Shown here one piece after another: positions 41,664 to 53,038 of a stretch of 64,000 nucleotides of DNA. The notes beneath the pieces are model-generated. The model ran no database searches and was not told the origin of the DNA. It saw nothing but the letters and a program-made list of their open reading frames with translations. The position numbers and the translations under genes are program-made. Numbering within the stretch: the stretch's first letter is position 1; every line of letters starts with the position of its first letter. The stretch is taken from assembly GCA_965222065.1 (NCBI GenBank), contig OZ244933.1:1447680-1511679 (forward strand), given 5' to 3'. This stretch comes from Pseudomonadales bacterium (GTDB lineage: Bacteria > Pseudomonadota > Gammaproteobacteria > Pseudomonadales > GM7GCV1).

Positions 41664-42422
41664 ATGGAAAACAAATTCGCCTCGGATAAAATCGCTGACA
41701 ACATGTCTTGCCATCATGGCAATCGCGGATCGTGCAGTACCTGCCGGCTCGCCGAACTCTGCATCCCTATTGCATTAAAAATCGAAGACATCAACAAACT
41801 GGAAAGTATTGTTAATCGAGGTCGTCCCATCCAGAAAGGCGATCATATCTACCGGGAAGACGAGCCATTCAAATTTATTTATGCGGTTCGAATGGGCAGT
41901 GTTAAAACCTACCTGGTAACCAATGACGGGCGCGAACAGGTCACAGGTTTTTACATGGCAGGAGAGGTCTTCGGCATGGACGGCGTCGCCACCGGTTTTC
42001 ATGAAACCTCGGCAATTGCCCTGGATACCTCAGCCATTTGCGCTATCCCGTTCGAACGACTGGAGGAGTTGGGCAGCCTGATTCCTTCCCTGCAGCGACA
42101 TATGTTTAAACTTCTGGGCCAGGAAATCGCAGAAGACCAAAAACTCATTACATTGCTAAGCAAGAATTCCGCCGATGAGCGGATAGCCGCCCTGTTTCTG
42201 AGCCTGTCGCAACGATGCCGAACCATAGGCCTTTCAGCAGACAACATTATTTTGCCCATGTCTCGAAGTGATATTGCCAACTACCTCGGACTGACGGTGG
42301 AAACCGTCAGTCGGGTACTTTCCAGAATGCAGAAAAATGGCGTGATCCAGATCGACAACAAGGAACTGCACATACTGGATATGGATGCCTTGCGCTCTAT
42401 CACCAACTCCTCAGACTGCTAA
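41664..42422 (+). CDS. fnr: Fumarate/nitrate reduction regulator, Crp/Fnr family, with an N-terminal Fe-S Cys cluster
   Basis: N-terminal Cys cluster (CHHGNRGSCSTC...C), a cNMP-binding-like domain, and a C-terminal HTH (RSDIANYLGLTVETVSRVLSRM) carrying the E--SR recognition motif. Confidence 0.85.
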   Translation: MENKFASDKIADNMSCHHGNRGSCSTCRLAELCIPIALKIEDINKLESIVNRGRPIQKGDHIYREDEPFKFIYAVRMGSVKTYLVTNDGREQVTGFYMAGEVFGMDGVATGFHETSAIALDTSAICAIPFERLEELGSLIPSLQRHMFKLLGQEIAEDQKLITLLSKNSADERIAALFLSLSQRCRTIGLSADNIILPMSRSDIANYLGLTVETVSRVLSRMQKNGVIQIDNKELHILDMDALRSITNSSDC

Positions 42423-42449
42423 TACAAACAGCCTAAAAGTAAGTGCTTA

Positions 42450-43307
42450 CTATCCGGCGAGTGTTCCACGTTGATAGTCCTGTATTGCCTGATTAATTTC
42501 TGCATGAGTATTCATCACAAACGGCCCGTGCTGAACAATAGGCTCTCTTAACGGGATGCCGCCAAATACGAGCAACCGACTGCGTTGCTTTCCAGCATGA
42601 AAGGTGGCCATGCTTCCCTGGTCCTCCAGGACTACCAGTGAAGGCGAGGCAATATCATTTACCTGGCCATCGTAGACATAGAACAACAGCCTTATTCCAT
42701 CCGGTACAGCCAACTCCAGTGTGGAGTCTGACGGCATATCTATATCCAGATATATGGGCCTAGTGCTTAGTCCCTGAATTGGTCCATCAAGTACCTGACC
42801 CTCAACTTCTACCTGTCCTGCAATGGATGTCACCTGAACACCTTCGGAGGTCGTGATTTTTGGGGTATCGGCATGACGGATGTCCCGATAGGCAGCCGGT
42901 TTCATTTTTTCTGCCGCTGGGAGATTCAGCCAGAGCTGAAATCCATGGAACAAACCATCTTGTTGCTCCGGCATTTCCGAATGCACAACCCCTCGACCCG
43001 CAGTCATCCATTGCAGGTCTCCAGGGCCGATCACACCCTCATTACCCATATGATCACGATGCCTTACCAAGCCATCTTTCATATAAGTGAGCGTTTCAAA
43101 ACCGCGGTGCGGGTGAGGCGGAAAGCCACCAATGTAATCCTTGCTATCGTCCGAGCGAAGCTCATCAACCATCAGGAATGGATCCATGTCCTCGTTATAC
43201 TGGCGTCCAGCCACACGAAATATTTTGACACCATCTCCATCCTGGGTCGGCATTGCCGGAATCCAGCGTTTAATCTTTCGAGCCTGTCTCATATTTACTC
43301 TCCTCAC
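42450..43307 (-). CDS. Pirin family protein
   Basis: Cupin motifs HPHRGFETLTYM and bicupin organisation. The ATG overlaps the azoR stop. Confidence 0.8.
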   Translation of the reverse strand: MRRVNMRQARKIKRWIPAMPTQDGDGVKIFRVAGRQYNEDMDPFLMVDELRSDDSKDYIGGFPPHPHRGFETLTYMKDGLVRHRDHMGNEGVIGPGDLQWMTAGRGVVHSEMPEQQDGLFHGFQLWLNLPAAEKMKPAAYRDIRHADTPKITTSEGVQVTSIAGQVEVEGQVLDGPIQGLSTRPIYLDIDMPSDSTLELAVPDGIRLLFYVYDGQVNDIASPSLVVLEDQGSMATFHAGKQRSRLLVFGGIPLREPIVQHGPFVMNTHAEINQAIQDYQRGTLAG

Positions 43308-43903
43308 GCTGCCAACAGCTGATTAATTTGCTCATGAGCACTTTGTATTAGCTTGTCGGAATCGTTTGCAGATCCGTCAGCATGCACCAGATAAGTCTGC
43401 TCAATACCAATAAAGTTCATAATGTGCGTTAAGTAGCCACTGGCAAAATCAATATCACTACCTATGGGTGTCCCACCCGATGCGACAACCAAATAAGCCT
43501 TGTTGATATCAAGGAGTCCCACCGGACCCTTCTCAGTATATTTAAACGTAATACCTGCACGACACACCTGATCAATCCAGGCTTTTAATCTTGCCGGAAC
43601 ACTAAAGTTATATATGGGTGTGGCAATCAGGATTTCATCCGCCCAAACCAATTCCTCGATCAATTCATCTGATCGTTCCAGCAACGTTTTTTGCGTTTCA
43701 TCCAGTGCCTCTGAAGGAGTGAACATGGCTCCAATCAGATCGTTATCAATGAGTGGAAGATCTGTTTCTTCCAGATCACGAATCCGGACATCATAATCAT
43801 CTTTTTCCTTGAGCCTGCTGACAAAAAAGTCGCTGGCTTGGCGGGTAATTGAGCCCGTTTTGCGACCACTGGATTTAATGACCAATAATTTTTTTGCGCT
43901 CAT
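43304..43903 (-). CDS. azoR: FMN-dependent NADH-azoreductase
   Basis: MSAKKLLVIKSS N-terminus and a flavodoxin-like fold pattern typical of AzoR/AcpD. Start at ATG 43903. Confidence 0.75.
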   Translation of the reverse strand: MSAKKLLVIKSSGRKTGSITRQASDFFVSRLKEKDDYDVRIRDLEETDLPLIDNDLIGAMFTPSEALDETQKTLLERSDELIEELVWADEILIATPIYNFSVPARLKAWIDQVCRAGITFKYTEKGPVGLLDINKAYLVVASGGTPIGSDIDFASGYLTHIMNFIGIEQTYLVHADGSANDSDKLIQSAHEQINQLLAA

Positions 43904-44011
43904 AATAAAAATCTCTTTCAACCATTTGAAAATTAGTTGCATTGTATTTATTGATTATCAGTCGATAAATATCTATATTTTGCTTAATATATTCAAAATA
44001 TTTGATTATTT

Positions 44012-44932
44012 ATGAGCAATGCGAGCCTAAGCCTGGAAGCACTTGAAATCATCGACGCCATAGACCGACGAGGCAGCTTTGCAGCGGCGGCCGAAGAGCT
44101 TGGCAAAGTCCCCTCGGCGCTTTCCTATACGATCAGCAAACTGGAAGAAAAACTGGAAATCACCCTGTTTTCCCGACAGGGAAGAAAGTCGGTTATGACC
44201 CCGGCAGGGAAAACGTTACTGGTTGAAGGCCGAAAGCTGCTAGCCGCCAGTCAACAGCTGGAAATGGAAGCCCGACGCATTGCGACGGGCTGGGAAACCC
44301 GTATTCGTATTGCCATAGATGCCATTCAGGACTTCGCACTACCAATGCGCGCCATACGACAATTCACTGAAGAACATCCCTCCATGGAAATCAGCCTCAG
44401 CGAGGAAGTACTGGGAGGAACCTGGGAGTCTCTAATATGCGACCGCGTCGATCTGGTTATTGGTGCATCTGCCCCGGTACCAAAGTCACAAGGCATCAGG
44501 ACCGAACCATACAAACGCAACCAGGCAGTCATTGCTGTTGCATCCACTCATCCACTGGCCCGGTTTTGGGGCAAAGTCTCACGCACCGAGCTAACCCGAT
44601 ACCGGCAAGTCATTATTCATGACAGCTCTCTAATTGAAGTTCCACGATCATCCGTGCTGTTTAATAAAAACCGGCGCTTTTACGTGGGCAATATGGCCCA
44701 GAAAATCGAAGTACAGCGCCAGGGCATTGGCTTTGGTTTTCTTCCTTATGAGGCCATCAAGCCCTATCTGGCTTCCGGCGAGATGAAAATAATTGAAGTA
44801 GAGGGAACGTCGAGCACACTTGACTCACTTATTGCCTGGAAAACGACCAACCAGGGCAAGGGGCTCAAACGTTTGCGCGAGCTACTGCTGTCTCCTGAGC
44901 CCGCCAACCCTCAAGCGTCCTTTTCCTACTAA
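44012..44932 (+). CDS. LysR family transcriptional regulator
   Basis: N-terminal HTH (FAAAAEELGKVPSALSYTISKLEE) plus a LysR substrate-binding domain. Divergent from azoR/pirin. Confidence 0.85.
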   Translation: MSNASLSLEALEIIDAIDRRGSFAAAAEELGKVPSALSYTISKLEEKLEITLFSRQGRKSVMTPAGKTLLVEGRKLLAASQQLEMEARRIATGWETRIRIAIDAIQDFALPMRAIRQFTEEHPSMEISLSEEVLGGTWESLICDRVDLVIGASAPVPKSQGIRTEPYKRNQAVIAVASTHPLARFWGKVSRTELTRYRQVIIHDSSLIEVPRSSVLFNKNRRFYVGNMAQKIEVQRQGIGFGFLPYEAIKPYLASGEMKIIEVEGTSSTLDSLIAWKTTNQGKGLKRLRELLLSPEPANPQASFSY

Positions 44933-47900
44933 ACCGGAAAGCTTCGCTTTTATAACCCCCGGCAGAACCAGCATGGTAGGGGTAAAAATCAGGGTCAGTA
45001 TGGTTGAGAACGCCAAGCCATTGACAATCGTAGCCGCCATGGCTGACCAGAAAGAAGCGACCGGACCACCTATTACGACACTACGGTTAATCAGGTCAAC
45101 ACTGGTCCCATTAGCCAAAGGCATCAGGCCAATCACGGTGGTCAGCGTTGTCAGCACCACGGGCCTGAACCGTCGCTTGGCGGATTCCAGCGCCAACTCA
45201 TAAGTACTTTTATCAGGAAAGCTGTCGCGAAGCCGGTTGAATGTATCTATCAATACAATATTGTTATTTACCACAATACCTGCCAAAGCAACCAGACCCA
45301 CGCCGGTCAACAAAATACTGAATGGCTGCTGTGTCAGCATATTTCCCAACATAACGCCTGCGGTAGACATCACCACCGCCGAAATAATCAATCCTGCCTG
45401 ATAGAAGCTATTAAATTGCGCAACCAGAATAATAAGCATCAGAAACATCGCCAGACTGAAGGCCGAAGATAAAAATTGTGCCGACTCATCGGTTTCCTCG
45501 CTGGCTCCCCGAAAGCGATAGTTAACCTGATCGTCGAGCCCTTCGCTAACCATCCAGTCATCGATTTCAGCAACCATGTCACTGGCAAGAACGCCTTCTA
45601 CAGTATAGGCCGACACGCTCACAACCTCCGCAGAATCAACACGCTCAATCACATCCACCCTTGGCTGCGCCTCCATGGTAACGAAGGAAGAAACCGGTAC
45701 CGTCCCCTCGGGGGTCGCGACACGCAGACGACGCAATGCATCAAGGCTGCGAAAGTTTTCCGGGAAACGCAGGCGTATTTCGACTTCTTCATCGGCATCA
45801 TCCGGCCTGTATTCACCCAAATAAAGGCCATCGGTGACCATTTGGACAACCTGGCCAATCTGCATCACGCTGACGCCCTGCATGGCAGCGGCGGCCTTAT
45901 CGACAATGAACTGCCATTCAATCCCCGGCAGGGACAGGGTATCTTCGACATCAATAAGACCTGGCATACTATCGAGTCTGGCGCGCACCTGTCCGGCAAC
46001 CCTGTGCAGTAACTCACGGTTTTCGGAAGAAAGTTCTATCTGGACATCCTTACCCACCGGCGGCCCGTTTTCGATTTTATTCACCTGGACAATAATCCCG
46101 GGAATATCATTTGTGTGTGCCCGCACCTTGTCCAATGCTTCCGTACTGGTTAGCTCGCGATCACGGGAATGCAGCAATTCCAGCAGGACACCTGCAATTT
46201 CGTCCCGCGGCCTGGCTCCACCGGATGCAAAACCGTTGGTGCTTACATAGTAGGATTTCACCTCCGGGATCACTGCCAGCCTTTCCTCTACGGCTTTTAC
46301 CATCTCTATTCTTTCGGCCACGGTCAGATTACCCTGGGCACGAATCGACATGGTGGTAAAGGAATCCTCACTTTCGGCGGCACCGAAAACTGTACCCACA
46401 CCGAACTTTCCGTAGGCCACAAAGATCGCCACCAGCATAACGACGATTGCGGAAGCTGTTCTGCCTGGCCTGCCCAGACAACCTTTAAGCATTTTCAGGT
46501 AGGCGTTACGAAGTCCCTGGAACTCTACACCGGCTTCTTCCCCATTTTCCTGGTTGATTTTCTTGTTAGGTTTCGAAGTCAGCAGGCGCACACCAAGTAT
46601 GGGAACGACCAGCAATGAAAATACCAGGGACCAGATCAACACTGAAAACACAGTCACCGGCAGGATCGCCATAAAGTCGCCAACCACACCGGGCCAAAAC
46701 ATAAGCGGCAGGAAAGCCGCCAGGGTCGTAAGGGTAGACGCGATAATGGGAATCGCCATCCGGCGAGCCGCCCCCACATAGGCGTCAAAGGTACTGGCTC
46801 CTTCGGCCAGCTTGCGGCTGGCATATTCGGCAACCACCAGTGCACCATCGATCAGCATCCCCAATGACAATAACAGGCCAAAAATAACCATAAAGTTGAA
46901 TGAATAGCCCATCAGGTAAACCACGATGCCGGAACCCAACAGGGAAAACGGTATACCAAAGCCCACCAGCATTCCGGAGCGAAAGCCCAGCGACGCCACC
47001 ACAATAACCATGACCAGCGCCATGGCGGAAACCACGTTCCCAGACAGCTCTTCCACCGTCTCCTTGATACCGGTGGAGGTATCAAACACATACTCCACTT
47101 CAACATGCTGGGGAATCCTGTCGGCATTCTGCTCTACCAAATCCCTGACTTCCTGAACGGTATCTATGGTGTTGGCCTTGAGACGCTTGGTAATCTCAAT
47201 AGCAATTGTCTGCTTGCCATTCACCCGACTAAAGCCGGTGGCATCCCTGAATGTTCGTCGCACATCCGCAATTTGTTCGAGTGTCACAACGCCATCCGAC
47301 GTCGAGCGAACGGGCAGCTTTTTCAGGTCATCAATGGTTTCAACCAGACTGGGTATCTTGACCCCAAAATTGCCGCTACCCGCATCCAGGTCGCCAGCGG
47401 GTATCAACAAATTATTGGCGCGAACCAAATTGGCAATTTCCGTCGCCGTAATTCCGTAAAATTCCAGCTTGACCGGATCCATATAGATTTCGGCAACTTC
47501 TTCACGCGCCCCCTTGATCTCCGCCTGTAGAACATCTGGCAGGCCTCTGAGATCCTCCCTAAATGTGCGAGCCAGCTCAAAGAGTTCACGCTCATCGGCA
47601 ACATCACTGAGAAATGACACTACAACCACCAGATTGCCCTGTGCCGCGATCTCCCTGACGACCGGCTCATCCGTATTGTCCGGGAATTCCGCCTTGGCCC
47701 GATCAACCGCGGCGCGCGTATTCAACACGGCGACATCGATATCCACATCGGTATCAAACTCGGTGATAACGTAGGCCACGCTTTCCCGGGTTGTGGAGCG
47801 TATCTCGACAATGCCATCCACTGATCGCATCTCTTGCTCAATCGGTTTGGCCAGCAAGCGGGCCGCATCCTCTGGCGAAATACCCGGATGCACCACGGTT

Positions 47901-48040
47901 GTTACCACCACGGGAACAATAACGTTGGGAAAGGTCTCAATCGTCATGAATGAGCGGGCCATGATGCCCGACAACAATATAAAGACAATTAGGGAATAAC
48001 TGGCTTTGTGCTGACGAATAGCCAGATCGACCAGTTTCAT
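44882..48040 (-). CDS. RND multidrug efflux transporter permease (AcrB/HAE1 family)
   Basis: 1052 aa, 12 TM helices, two large periplasmic loops. Coupled to the upstream MFP gene (start/stop overlap at 48040). Confidence 0.85.
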   Translation of the reverse strand: MKLVDLAIRQHKASYSLIVFILLSGIMARSFMTIETFPNVIVPVVVTTVVHPGISPEDAARLLAKPIEQEMRSVDGIVEIRSTTRESVAYVITEFDTDVDIDVAVLNTRAAVDRAKAEFPDNTDEPVVREIAAQGNLVVVVSFLSDVADERELFELARTFREDLRGLPDVLQAEIKGAREEVAEIYMDPVKLEFYGITATEIANLVRANNLLIPAGDLDAGSGNFGVKIPSLVETIDDLKKLPVRSTSDGVVTLEQIADVRRTFRDATGFSRVNGKQTIAIEITKRLKANTIDTVQEVRDLVEQNADRIPQHVEVEYVFDTSTGIKETVEELSGNVVSAMALVMVIVVASLGFRSGMLVGFGIPFSLLGSGIVVYLMGYSFNFMVIFGLLLSLGMLIDGALVVAEYASRKLAEGASTFDAYVGAARRMAIPIIASTLTTLAAFLPLMFWPGVVGDFMAILPVTVFSVLIWSLVFSLLVVPILGVRLLTSKPNKKINQENGEEAGVEFQGLRNAYLKMLKGCLGRPGRTASAIVVMLVAIFVAYGKFGVGTVFGAAESEDSFTTMSIRAQGNLTVAERIEMVKAVEERLAVIPEVKSYYVSTNGFASGGARPRDEIAGVLLELLHSRDRELTSTEALDKVRAHTNDIPGIIVQVNKIENGPPVGKDVQIELSSENRELLHRVAGQVRARLDSMPGLIDVEDTLSLPGIEWQFIVDKAAAAMQGVSVMQIGQVVQMVTDGLYLGEYRPDDADEEVEIRLRFPENFRSLDALRRLRVATPEGTVPVSSFVTMEAQPRVDVIERVDSAEVVSVSAYTVEGVLASDMVAEIDDWMVSEGLDDQVNYRFRGASEETDESAQFLSSAFSLAMFLMLIILVAQFNSFYQAGLIISAVVMSTAGVMLGNMLTQQPFSILLTGVGLVALAGIVVNNNIVLIDTFNRLRDSFPDKSTYELALESAKRRFRPVVLTTLTTVIGLMPLANGTSVDLINRSVVIGGPVASFWSAMAATIVNGLAFSTILTLIFTPTMLVLPGVIKAKLSGLVGKGRLRVGGLRRQQ

Positions 48041-49119
48041 CAGAGGCTTCCTGTTTCAGTCCCGGACCTGAGGCTTATTTCCACCTGCTGCCCGGCGCCG
48101 ACGTACTCATGACCCGTAACGATTAAGCGAACTCTTTCGGGCAAACCGGTGACCCACACCCTGCCTGGCTCGTCCGAAATAATCCTGATTTCGTAAATCT
48201 CAACCTGGTTATTCTGGTCGACGGCTTTCAGGAACAGTCCACCCGCGGCATTTAATGACATTGCCGAAGCAGGTATGGCATGTGCCATCTGCTCTTTGCC
48301 ATAAACCTTCACGGTTCCAGTCAGGTCTGACAAAAGCTCAGTCTCAGGATTCTCCAACACTGCCTCAACACGAAACGCCCTGCTGCTGCCCTCCGCTTTG
48401 GAAGACCGATAGAAAAAACGACCCGAAATAACGCTGCCGTCGTCCTGCTGGAAATCAATCATGGTCTCCGGATCAAGCTGCTGTACTTCCTGCTCGCTTA
48501 CCTGGAAAACCACCTTTAACGGATCCAGTTGCAACAGTTGGGCAAAGGCTTCCCCGCGCTGGATAAAATCGCCTTCTTCGGCATATCTCCGGTTAAACAC
48601 CCCGGCAAACGGGGCGCGGATGACCGAACGCTGGAGCTCCAGCTGGGCAGCCTCAAGCGAAGCGCGGGCCGACTCCAGTTCCGCTTCGGACCGGGCAACA
48701 TCAGCACTGGACAACAAATTATTTGCCCTGAGCTCCTGCGCTGCATCATATTCAATTTCACGCTGCTGAAGTAATGCCCGTGCCTGGCGCACGCGAAGTT
48801 CTCTTTCTTCGGGATTAATTTGCGCCAGCTCCTCACCCTGTGCCACATGAGTGCCCTCTTTTGCCGGTGTGGCAATAATGGCCCCGGATGTTTCAGCAGA
48901 CACATCGACAGACCTGAAAGGCGCCGTATACGCGTTAAATTCCATAACCGGGCGATGTGGCACAGCCTGAATATCCTCAACCTCAACCAGTGCCGTGTCG
49001 AGCTGCTGGTTGGCGGCATCTTCCGCACTTTCTGTATTGCCTTTAAAGAGGACACCCGAAATCAACCAGGCCAATATAAGGACCAGCACGATGAGTGCAT
49101 TGCGGACGTTTTTGCTCAC
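48040..49119 (-). CDS. RND efflux periplasmic adaptor (membrane fusion protein)
   Basis: N-terminal TM anchor, coiled-coil hairpin (LESARASLEAAQLELQRS), and beta-barrel domains. Confidence 0.8.
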   Translation of the reverse strand: MSKNVRNALIVLVLILAWLISGVLFKGNTESAEDAANQQLDTALVEVEDIQAVPHRPVMEFNAYTAPFRSVDVSAETSGAIIATPAKEGTHVAQGEELAQINPEERELRVRQARALLQQREIEYDAAQELRANNLLSSADVARSEAELESARASLEAAQLELQRSVIRAPFAGVFNRRYAEEGDFIQRGEAFAQLLQLDPLKVVFQVSEQEVQQLDPETMIDFQQDDGSVISGRFFYRSSKAEGSSRAFRVEAVLENPETELLSDLTGTVKVYGKEQMAHAIPASAMSLNAAGGLFLKAVDQNNQVEIYEIRIISDEPGRVWVTGLPERVRLIVTGHEYVGAGQQVEISLRSGTETGSL

Positions 49120-49349
49120 TTGAATCCCTTTTGCGAAAGAAGCGACACCTGGTTAGCTGGAAATGGCCACCACGACGTTTATGTCAAGGCCGCAGGCATG
49201 TTAACGCAAAGGGCGAAAGCGTTGTACACGAAACAAAGGAATTTATTATACAAACAGGGCGGTTTATTTAATGGAACAGGCAGAAGCCTGAAGCAGCTCA
49301 AACTTCCCTACTCAAACCACCCGAAGGTCACAAGAGCAGGGAAGGGTCG

Positions 49350-50660
49350 TTACTGAATTCCTGAAACAATCGAGATCATGACACCGGCGGCCACCGCGGA
49401 GCCAATCACACCGGCAACATTGGGCCCCATTGCGTGCATGAGCAGGAAGTTCTGTGGATTGGATTCCAGACCCACCCGGTTGGATACCCGGGCCGCCATA
49501 GGCACCGCCGATACACCGGCAGAGCCAATCAGCGGGTTGATCTTGGCCTGGCTTAATGCATTCATCAACTTGGCCATCAACACACCCATGGCAGTACCGA
49601 TACCGAAAGCGACAATACCCAGTGCCAGGATGATCAGCGTACTGGGGTCCAGGAACTTGTCGGCTACCAGTTTGGAACCGACCGACAGGCCCAGAAAGAT
49701 TGTGGTGATGTTGATCAGGGCGTTTTGGGCCGTGTCGCTAAGACGGGCCACTACCCCACATTCCTTCATCAGGTTACCAAAACAGAACATGCCCAGAAGC
49801 GGTGCTGCATCTGGCAAAAAGATCGCCACCAACAGCAACAGAATCTGTGGAAAGATGATTTTTTCCCGTTGTGATACCTGGCGCAGTTGCTTCATCTCAA
49901 TCTTGCGCTCGGCTTCTGTGGTCAATGCACGCATGATCGGAGGCTGGATCAGGGGCACCAATGCCATGTAGGAATAGGCGGCCACAGCAATAGCTCCGAG
50001 CAAATCCGGCGCCAGAACCGACGCCACGTATATGGCAGTCGGACCATCTGCGCCACCAATAATCCCGATGGCGGCCGCATCCGCGATACTGAAATCCACC
50101 CACCCCAGCTGGGAAATCGCCACCGCCCCGAGCACTGTCGAAAAAATACCGAATTGGGCTGCGGCGCCAAGAAACAGGGTTTTTGGGTTGGCCAGCAGGG
50201 GACCAAAATCAGTCATCGCGCCAACACCCATAAAAATGATCAGCGGGGCTGCACCACTGCCAATGGCGACCTCATAAAAATTCGACAGCATCCCGCCGCT
50301 GTAACCCATGTCAGACGCCATTTGTGCCACTGTTGCATGGATTGACGCCGGTGCCGAGGAGAGGGCCATTTTAACAGTATAAAGGTCGGCCGTTTCAGAT
50401 AACCCCAAGAGGTTAGCCAGGGCGGCAATGGTCTGGGGATCGCCCGCATTGAGCATTCGTTCGGTCGCTGTCAATGCCAGGTCAGCTCCCGGAATATTGG
50501 CAAGAATCCCGCCAAAACCAATAGGCACCAACAGCAGGGGTTCAAACTGCTTCCGGATGGCTAGAAACAGCAATGACAGGCCAATCAGTATCATGACCGC
50601 CTGCCCTAACTCTAAATGGTACAGCCCGGAGGATTGCCAGAGTACGTTGAGTTGTTCCAT
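49350..50660 (-). CDS. oadB: Na+-translocating oxaloacetate decarboxylase beta subunit
   Basis: 436-aa polytopic membrane protein of the Na+-transporting decarboxylase beta family. Follows oadA. Confidence 0.8.
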   Translation of the reverse strand: MEQLNVLWQSSGLYHLELGQAVMILIGLSLLFLAIRKQFEPLLLVPIGFGGILANIPGADLALTATERMLNAGDPQTIAALANLLGLSETADLYTVKMALSSAPASIHATVAQMASDMGYSGGMLSNFYEVAIGSGAAPLIIFMGVGAMTDFGPLLANPKTLFLGAAAQFGIFSTVLGAVAISQLGWVDFSIADAAAIGIIGGADGPTAIYVASVLAPDLLGAIAVAAYSYMALVPLIQPPIMRALTTEAERKIEMKQLRQVSQREKIIFPQILLLLVAIFLPDAAPLLGMFCFGNLMKECGVVARLSDTAQNALINITTIFLGLSVGSKLVADKFLDPSTLIILALGIVAFGIGTAMGVLMAKLMNALSQAKINPLIGSAGVSAVPMAARVSNRVGLESNPQNFLLMHAMGPNVAGVIGSAVAAGVMISIVSGIQ

Positions 50661-50671
50661 GGACTCTGCTC

Positions 50672-52471
50672 CTAGGCAATATGTAGCAGTGTATCGCCAA
50701 CAGCGACTTTGTCGCCCTGGTCTACATCAACACTGGAAATGGTTCCTGATCGGGACGCACTGACATTGGTTTCCATCTTCATTGCCTCAAGCACAATCAG
50801 GGTATCCCCTTCCTCGACTTGCTGGCCCGGTTTCACAAGAATTTTGAAAATATTTCCCGCCAGGGGCGAACCTACAGGCTCGCCGCCTTCCGGCACAGAA
50901 TCAGAGGAAGCATCGGCTTCTGAAGCACCCGCCGAATCACCCTTGTTTACCGGCACCATGCCAGTGACATCACCACCAGGAGACACACTTACGGTATAAC
51001 TTACGCCCTCAACCTTGACGGTATAGACTTCATCGCCGCTATCGGTGGTTGGCACAGTACTTTCCTTACCTGTCGGTGCCGGTTCAAAGGCATCCGGATT
51101 CCCGCGGTTTTCAAGAAATTTCAGCCCTATTTGCGGAAACAGTGCATAAGTCAGCACATCGTCAATCTGGCGTTCGCCGTCCTCCAGATTGATGTTTTTT
51201 TCGCCCGCAAGATCAACCAGCTCCGACTTCAGTCGATCAATTTCCGGCTCCAGCAGGTCGGCTGGCCGGCAGGTGATCGGCTCAGCGCCTTCCAGGACTC
51301 TCTCCTGTAATTCCTTGTTCATCGGTGCAGGCGTTGCCCCGTATTCACCCTTGAGGATGCCGGAGGTTTCCTTGGAAATACTTTTGTATCGCTCGCCGGC
51401 GAGTACATTGAGCACGGCCTGCGTTCCCACAATTTGCGAGGTGGGTGTAACCAGCGGGATTAACCCGAGGTCTTCCCGCACCCGGGGAATCTCTTCCAGT
51501 ACCGCATCAAACTTGTCTTCCGCCCCCTGGTCACGTAACTGGTTTTCCATATTGGTCAGCATGCCACCGGGCACCTGTGCAACCAGGATGCGTGAGTCGA
51601 TACCTTTCAGGGACCCTTCAAACTTCGCGTATTTTTTGCGCACTTCACGGAAATAGGCCGCGATCTCCTGAAGCAGGTTTAAATCCAGCCCGGTCGCCCG
51701 GTCAGTCTCTTCCAGTATCGCCACCAGGGCTTCGGTGGGAGAATGGCCATAGGTCATGGACATGGAAGAAATGGACGTGTCGATATTATCGATACCCGCT
51801 TCCACACACTTCAACGCCGTGGCAGTCGACATACCTGTAGTGGCATGACATTGCATATGTACCGGCAGATCACATTCTGCCTTCAGACGACTCACCAGCT
51901 CATGCCCGGTATAGGGCTTCAGCAGGCCGGCCATGTCCTTGATACAAATCGAGTCAGCGCCCATGTCCTCAATCTGCTTGGCCATGGAGACCCACAAGTC
52001 CATGTTGTGAACGGGGCTGATGGTATAGGACAGCGTGCCCTGTGCGTGTTTGCCGCTGTTCTTGACTGCCTTGAGTGCCCGCTCAATGTTGCGCATGTCA
52101 TTCATGGCATCAAACACACGAAACACATCAACACCATTTACCGCGCAGCGCTCGACAAATTTATCGACCACATCATCGGCATAGTGCCGATAGCCCAGTA
52201 AATTCTGCCCACGCAGCAACATTTGCATGGGCGTTTTCGGCATCGCTCTCTTTAGTTCCCGTATACGCTCCCAGGGATCCTCGCCCAGATAGCGGATACA
52301 GGCATCAAATGTGGCGCCCCCCCAGGTTTCAAGCGACCAGTAACCTACCTGGTCAAGTTTTTCTGCAATAGGCAGCATGTCGTCAATGCGCATACGTGTG
52401 GCAAATAGCGATTGATGGCCATCGCGCAAAACCACATCCGTAATCCCAAGGGGAGCCTTGTTCTCACTCAT
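50672..52471 (-). CDS. oadA: Oxaloacetate decarboxylase alpha subunit (carboxyltransferase plus biotin carboxyl-carrier domain)
   Basis: TIM-barrel carboxyltransferase motifs ([15 protein letters not shown]), Pro/Ala-rich linker, and a C-terminal biotinyl motif EAMKMET. Confidence 0.9.
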   Translation of the reverse strand: MSENKAPLGITDVVLRDGHQSLFATRMRIDDMLPIAEKLDQVGYWSLETWGGATFDACIRYLGEDPWERIRELKRAMPKTPMQMLLRGQNLLGYRHYADDVVDKFVERCAVNGVDVFRVFDAMNDMRNIERALKAVKNSGKHAQGTLSYTISPVHNMDLWVSMAKQIEDMGADSICIKDMAGLLKPYTGHELVSRLKAECDLPVHMQCHATTGMSTATALKCVEAGIDNIDTSISSMSMTYGHSPTEALVAILEETDRATGLDLNLLQEIAAYFREVRKKYAKFEGSLKGIDSRILVAQVPGGMLTNMENQLRDQGAEDKFDAVLEEIPRVREDLGLIPLVTPTSQIVGTQAVLNVLAGERYKSISKETSGILKGEYGATPAPMNKELQERVLEGAEPITCRPADLLEPEIDRLKSELVDLAGEKNINLEDGERQIDDVLTYALFPQIGLKFLENRGNPDAFEPAPTGKESTVPTTDSGDEVYTVKVEGVSYTVSVSPGGDVTGMVPVNKGDSAGASEADASSDSVPEGGEPVGSPLAGNIFKILVKPGQQVEEGDTLIVLEAMKMETNVSASRSGTISSVDVDQGDKVAVGDTLLHIA

Positions 52472-52485
52472 AGCAATACCGTGAA

Positions 52486-52722
52486 TTATTTGGATTTTCT
52501 GTGTTCGGCTACCGCGGCCTCAATCACCGCGATAATTCGGGAGTTCTCTTTTCGGGAATCTTTACGTGGAGCGGTTGCCGGGGCAAGGGTCTCCGGGTAA
52601 AAACGCATGATCAACAATGACATGAGATTAGTACAGACGACCAGCGCGGTAAGAAATACAAAAACGGTTCCCATGCCGAAAAGCATGAGATTTAAGCCAT
52701 CTGCCATTTGTAGATTCCTCAA
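52486..52722 (-). CDS. oadG: Oxaloacetate decarboxylase gamma subunit
   Basis: 78-aa single-TM protein immediately upstream of oadA. Confidence 0.7.
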   Translation of the reverse strand: MRNLQMADGLNLMLFGMGTVFVFLTALVVCTNLMSLLIMRFYPETLAPATAPRKDSRKENSRIIAVIEAAVAEHRKSK

Positions 52723-52903
52723 TCAACGTGAATAATGGAATATATAACGCTAAATTAGCGCTCGCTGCAAAAAAACTTGCAGAAAAGTTGAAATTATAAA
52801 ATAAAGTATATTGTATACAGTTTATAATATAAACGACGAACGCAATACGTCTACTCTGAACAGCACTAGTTCATGGTAAAAGACGACATAAACAGCCGCA
52901 ATG

Positions 52904-52931
52904 GCTCGCATAAGGCGAGCTTTTGTTTTTT
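52904..52931 (+). terminator. Orphan intrinsic terminator-like hairpin in the pntA leader
   Basis: GCTCGC-ataag-GCGAGC directly followed by TTTTGTTTTTT on the plus strand, ~110 nt upstream of the pntA ATG. No plus-strand gene lies upstream. Confidence 0.5.
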
Positions 52932-53038
52932 CTTTGCTGATTTACACATGCACTAAGATTATTAGCGAGCTGACAAAGCCGGCTCGCCCAACTCCACACG
53001 CAAAAAGGGGTTCGCCCCAAATTAAGGAGAGTCAACCT

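Noticed and set aside
45476-46618. Antisense ORFs (178 aa, 138 aa, 149 aa) within the RND permease gene
   Set aside because: Shadow frames of a strongly supported 1052-aa transporter gene.
52901-53038. N-terminal extension of pntA (ORF track starts at 52901)
   Set aside because: The extension would translate through the intrinsic terminator hairpin and T-run and lacks an [11 protein letters not shown] at 53039 has a canonical AAGGAGAG Shine-Dalgarno and matches PntA N-termini.
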